From: Tubiluchus corallicola
Lineage: Eukaryota > Animalia > Priapulida
Length of the DNA: 23,526 nucleotides
Direction of reading: 5' to 3'
Assembly (NCBI GenBank): GCA_030141605.1
Contig: JAQGDQ010001843.1
Coordinates: 1-23,526 of the forward strand
This document shows positions 19,466 through 23,526 of the stretch, piece by piece. The position numbers and the translations under genes are program-made. Within the stretch, counting starts at the first letter, position 1. Each line of letters starts with the position of its first letter. The notes beneath the pieces were generated by a model. That model was not told the DNA's origin and made no database searches. It worked only from the letters and a program-made list of their open reading frames with translations.

Positions 19466-19930
19466 AGTCACCTGGCGGCATTTTCATAATTATAATCTGA
19501 ACAAACTTAAGGTTGCTCATAATAAATCAATGCGAAAATTTTTCAATTATCAGTTCGATCACAGTGCCAGGGACATTTCTGCGACGCATAAATTAGAGTA
19601 CTTTGATGTTATTTATAGGAAAAGCATTTACAGTCTGGATACTAGAATTTCAAACAGTAAAAACTTGTTATGTAGAACGATATTTGGTAGTGATATTTTA
19701 TTTACTTCTAGTATAAGAAAGATTTGGAGAATAAAATTGTATGCTTAATTTTTTACATATTCATTGATATAATGATTGAAGCAATGCGAAACTTTATTAT
19801 TATTATTTTTTTGTAATGTTGTTTTTATGTTGTGTTTACATTGTGTGCTTTGTGTCGTTTATTTACTTGTATTTTTGTTGTATATATATGAACGAAAGTT
19901 TGAAATAAAGAAGTAAATCAAAATCAAATC
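19462..19930 (+). mobile_element. 5'-truncated LINE 3' end, RTEX-like
   Basis: Uninterrupted frame to TAA 19748 encoding LNKLKVAHNKSMRKFF...SARDI...FDVIYRKSIYSLDTRISNSKNLL, which resembles RTEX C-termini. T-rich UTR, AATAAA and an (AAATC)n-like tail. (CT)n on both sides. Confidence 0.68.
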
Positions 19931-20611
19931 TCTCTCTCTCTCTTTCTCTGCTTTTCTCTCTCTCTCCCGCTCTCTCTATACATCTCAGTCTCATGTCTGT
20001 CTCGCCTTCTCCCCCTTCGCGCTGTCTAAATTGCTTTCATATCTTCACACTATTCTATAAAACTCAATTGTCCTCTATTTCATATAAGCATCATCCATAT
20101 TAATCAAAACTGTGACGTCGCTGCTCCATTCCGAAACAGTTTCAAGCCTCAAAACTGACCAGCATCACCTGGGATGGCTGGTAATTCAGGATCATAATTC
20201 GATTTTCTTCGCATTCATCAGCAGTCCTTCTGAAACTAGCCGACTTCATAGATGTGTCATCATATATGTAAGTTATTGCAGCTTAGGTGACAGGTTGCCG
20301 CCATTACGATCTCATGAATGTAGAAATGTTGCCGGCAAGCATGCTGGCGAAATTGTGACGATATTTGAAGCATAATTCAACGGGAATTGATTTGGTCGAT
20401 TTACTGCCGCTCCAGACAACAAATCTAGAGATGTATTAAATCTGGAGACGTATCGAACAGTTGTAACAGTTGCTCTTTCTCACATCTGCCTGGTTTTTGC
20501 TTGCCGACAAATATATCTGGTTTCACGAGGGATGGCATATAATGACCACATTGCTGAACAGGAATTTAATTGCGGATTTATAGGCGTGGTTTTTTTCTTG
20601 TGCACACTGTC

Positions 20612-20823
<212 letters not shown>

Positions 20824-21539
20824 GTCAGATTAGTTACTGAGTTATTTATAATGAATCTGCAGTAATTCACTTCTTGTGAATATTGTAAATTATCTTACGC
20901 ATAGTGTTTTATACTAACAAAGATTTTAAATGTGATGCCGTGCAGAACTAACACCATTATTAGTATCTGTTAAAATTGTTATTGCGAAATGTATGTGATA
21001 TTATGTATGTTGATAATGTAAACCAGGTTGTAATGAATTGTACCTACAAATAAAGGCAATAAAAGAATTATAATAAAAAATCTCTCTCCGTTTCCGTTTT
21101 TTTCTTTTTTGTTCTCTCTCTGTTGTTTCATCGTGTTCCAACCTTTTTTCATCTTAAAATAGTTTCTATTAAATGTTTCTGCCTTTTCCTTGTCCACTCT
21201 TTCTCTACCTTTCTTCTGTCACGGAATTCTACCCAACCCTTCCATTCCTTCTCTATTTTTCTTCCTGCATTTTCCCCCTCAGGCTTCCCCTTTCCTCCTA
21301 CTTTTTTCCACCTCCTTCAATTTCTATTTCTCACCTTCTCTTCCTCTTCTCACGTTCCTCTTCCCGCTACAAAGCGTCAGCAGCTGAAAACATCCAGACT
21401 CGTTTTAATGAACCTAATGTGTTTCTAGTTTGTGTAAATGGACTACATTCAGACCACATTAGTGGCTTCCGCTTAGAAGCATAGAGAGCTCTCTATGAAG
21501 ATTATAAACAGCAGGAATTCCCAGTGGTGAAAATATTCT

Positions 21540-22030
21540 CTCTGAAATATGATATTTAAAAGCGTCTTCTAAGAGCAAAAATTTCGCTATAAAAGTGTTG
21601 TTGTGTATAGGTTATTGTCTCTAACGTTGAAATATCCGTTGCAACAAAGCTTTTGTAATACCTGATGTAAAGATAATCAAAATTTATTGCACAACGCGTC
21701 TCGAACAAAAACTGGTCATGATCAATGTTTCGTAACAAGAAGCTGTAGCTAAAACAATAAAGGCTAGGGGAATTTTAATATTATTATTATGACAATAATA
21801 TTATAAAATTTTACAACAGTATTGTATAACGTGGAGCTGATTGTGCTTATGCGCATGTCACGTAGTACTTGTGAAGAAAACGTAAAAAAGCAGCAGTAAA
21901 TGTGAAATTATAGAATTAAATAGCTCGCCGGACATCTAATCCATTGTGCTCCATGCTGGTTACCATTACGGAGCAAGTGCTGAGGTGGAAAACGCATCTG
22001 CCCGTGAGCCCACTGAACCGACGAGGCCAT
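21540..22030 (+). pseudogene. Fossil RTE-like LINE, post-RT region
   Basis: Collinear motif remnants across stops and frameshifts: DI*KRLLRAK (21551), EISVATKLL (21629), LLHNA (21684), LAGHLI (21924) and EQVLRWK (21971). They match the order SRIGKA / TIRTK / LLYGSE / WLGHV of the intact element in this window. Confidence 0.5.
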
Positions 22031-22273
22031 TCCATGCAATGGCTTCGCATGGACGAGACCACGACAATGTAGAGGGTTGGGTCGAAAATAAATGGCATTT
22101 CGCTCCAGTAACAATATTATAAAATTTCAATTCAATGTGACAACAATGCATCAATATTGGATCTAAAACGGTACAACGTTCCTCATGTTATAAATTAAAA
22201 TTTCCCTGACTGTTGTCTTTTATCAGCTTTTGGTCGAAAATCGTTAAACTATAAATTTTCAATATCTTTACAA

Positions 22274-22401
<128 letters not shown>

Positions 22402-23151
22402 TTTTTTTTCATACATTAGAAAGTGCATAGCATTGTATAGAAGTTTTAGTTATTATTTATAAATGTTTTGAGACGGTAAAATTACGTTTTGAATATTTTA
22501 CTGTATTATCTCTGTTGCTCCCATATTTATACATTTACACTTTCTCTTGGACTACTTAATGTCATAAAATAAGTCACTTCACTGAGTAACAAAGTTACCA
22601 AATGATTTCTCGAAGCCACGGATTGTATTATTTGTTCAATATTGGGTCAAAATTTTGCGCAAGCAAAAACTTCACATCAAAAAAAAAAATGGAGGCGATG
22701 CATTTATTCAAAGATAAGTCTATCATCAAACAGTAATGCTGCCAGCTTTTGCATTCAAAAGATTTCTTCCAGATGTCCCATAATCTTCATAGGCAAATTG
22801 CATTTTTGCGTCATTTTCCAAGTTACGTATATTTACGTAGGGAAAACCTTAAAAGGAAAACACGTAAGCTGCAGTGAAATTCTTTTATACTGAGAAGAAA
22901 GAGTCTTCTTTTATTCCTGTGTGCTATTGTATGTGAAAATCAAAGTAGTTTTTGCCCAAATTACGCACGGTACTTAAGTTGTTTACATGTGGCTTATTAA
23001 AGGTGGAAGCCCACAGTCTGTGATTGGTCAGTAGCACCAAAGAGCAGCAAAGCGCGGCAAAGTTTTGGAAAATATGAATAAGAAGCAGAATATAAAAAGT
23101 TAGAGGAAAACAATATGTAATTTTAAACGATGTCTCAAAAGTAATATATTG

Positions 23152-23520
<369 letters not shown>

Positions 23521-23526
23521 GGCACA

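Noticed and set aside
21797-22127. 15-bp direct repeat AATATTATAAAATTT as a TSD
   Set aside because: Purely A/T, and LINE motif remnants continue across the left copy, so a discrete insertion is not supported.
22997-23070. TTAA|AGGTGG as another Kolobok-like terminus
   Set aside because: No matching opposite end or second copy found in the window.

Overview
AT-rich, microsatellite-dense eukaryotic DNA, probably from an invertebrate animal (inference). I see no convincing host protein-coding gene, so this is likely intronic or intergenic. The main feature is a full-length, young RTE-clade (RTE/BovB-like) non-LTR retrotransposon at 4669-8719, bounded by a perfect 11-bp target-site duplication (ACCAAATGTAT). 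Its first nucleotide is the predicted cleavage-site G of an HDV-like ribozyme fold (4669-4949) with enlarged J1/2 and P4 domains. The endonuclease-RT frame is open from 5433, about 93 codons upstream of the ATG in the ORF track. The only nearby in-frame upstream ATG (5322) is cut off by a single TAG (5430), which sits inside a candidate pseudoknot, so the element may be translated non-canonically. The rest of the window holds three copies of a TTAA-flanked Kolobok-like non-autonomous DNA element, a 166-bp TSD-flanked retroposon, tRNA- and 5S-derived SINE heads, several fossil LINE fragments (CR1-like, RTEX-like, RTE-like), two minisatellites and many microsatellites. All structures and alignments were made by eye, and family names come from motif recognition rather than database searches.
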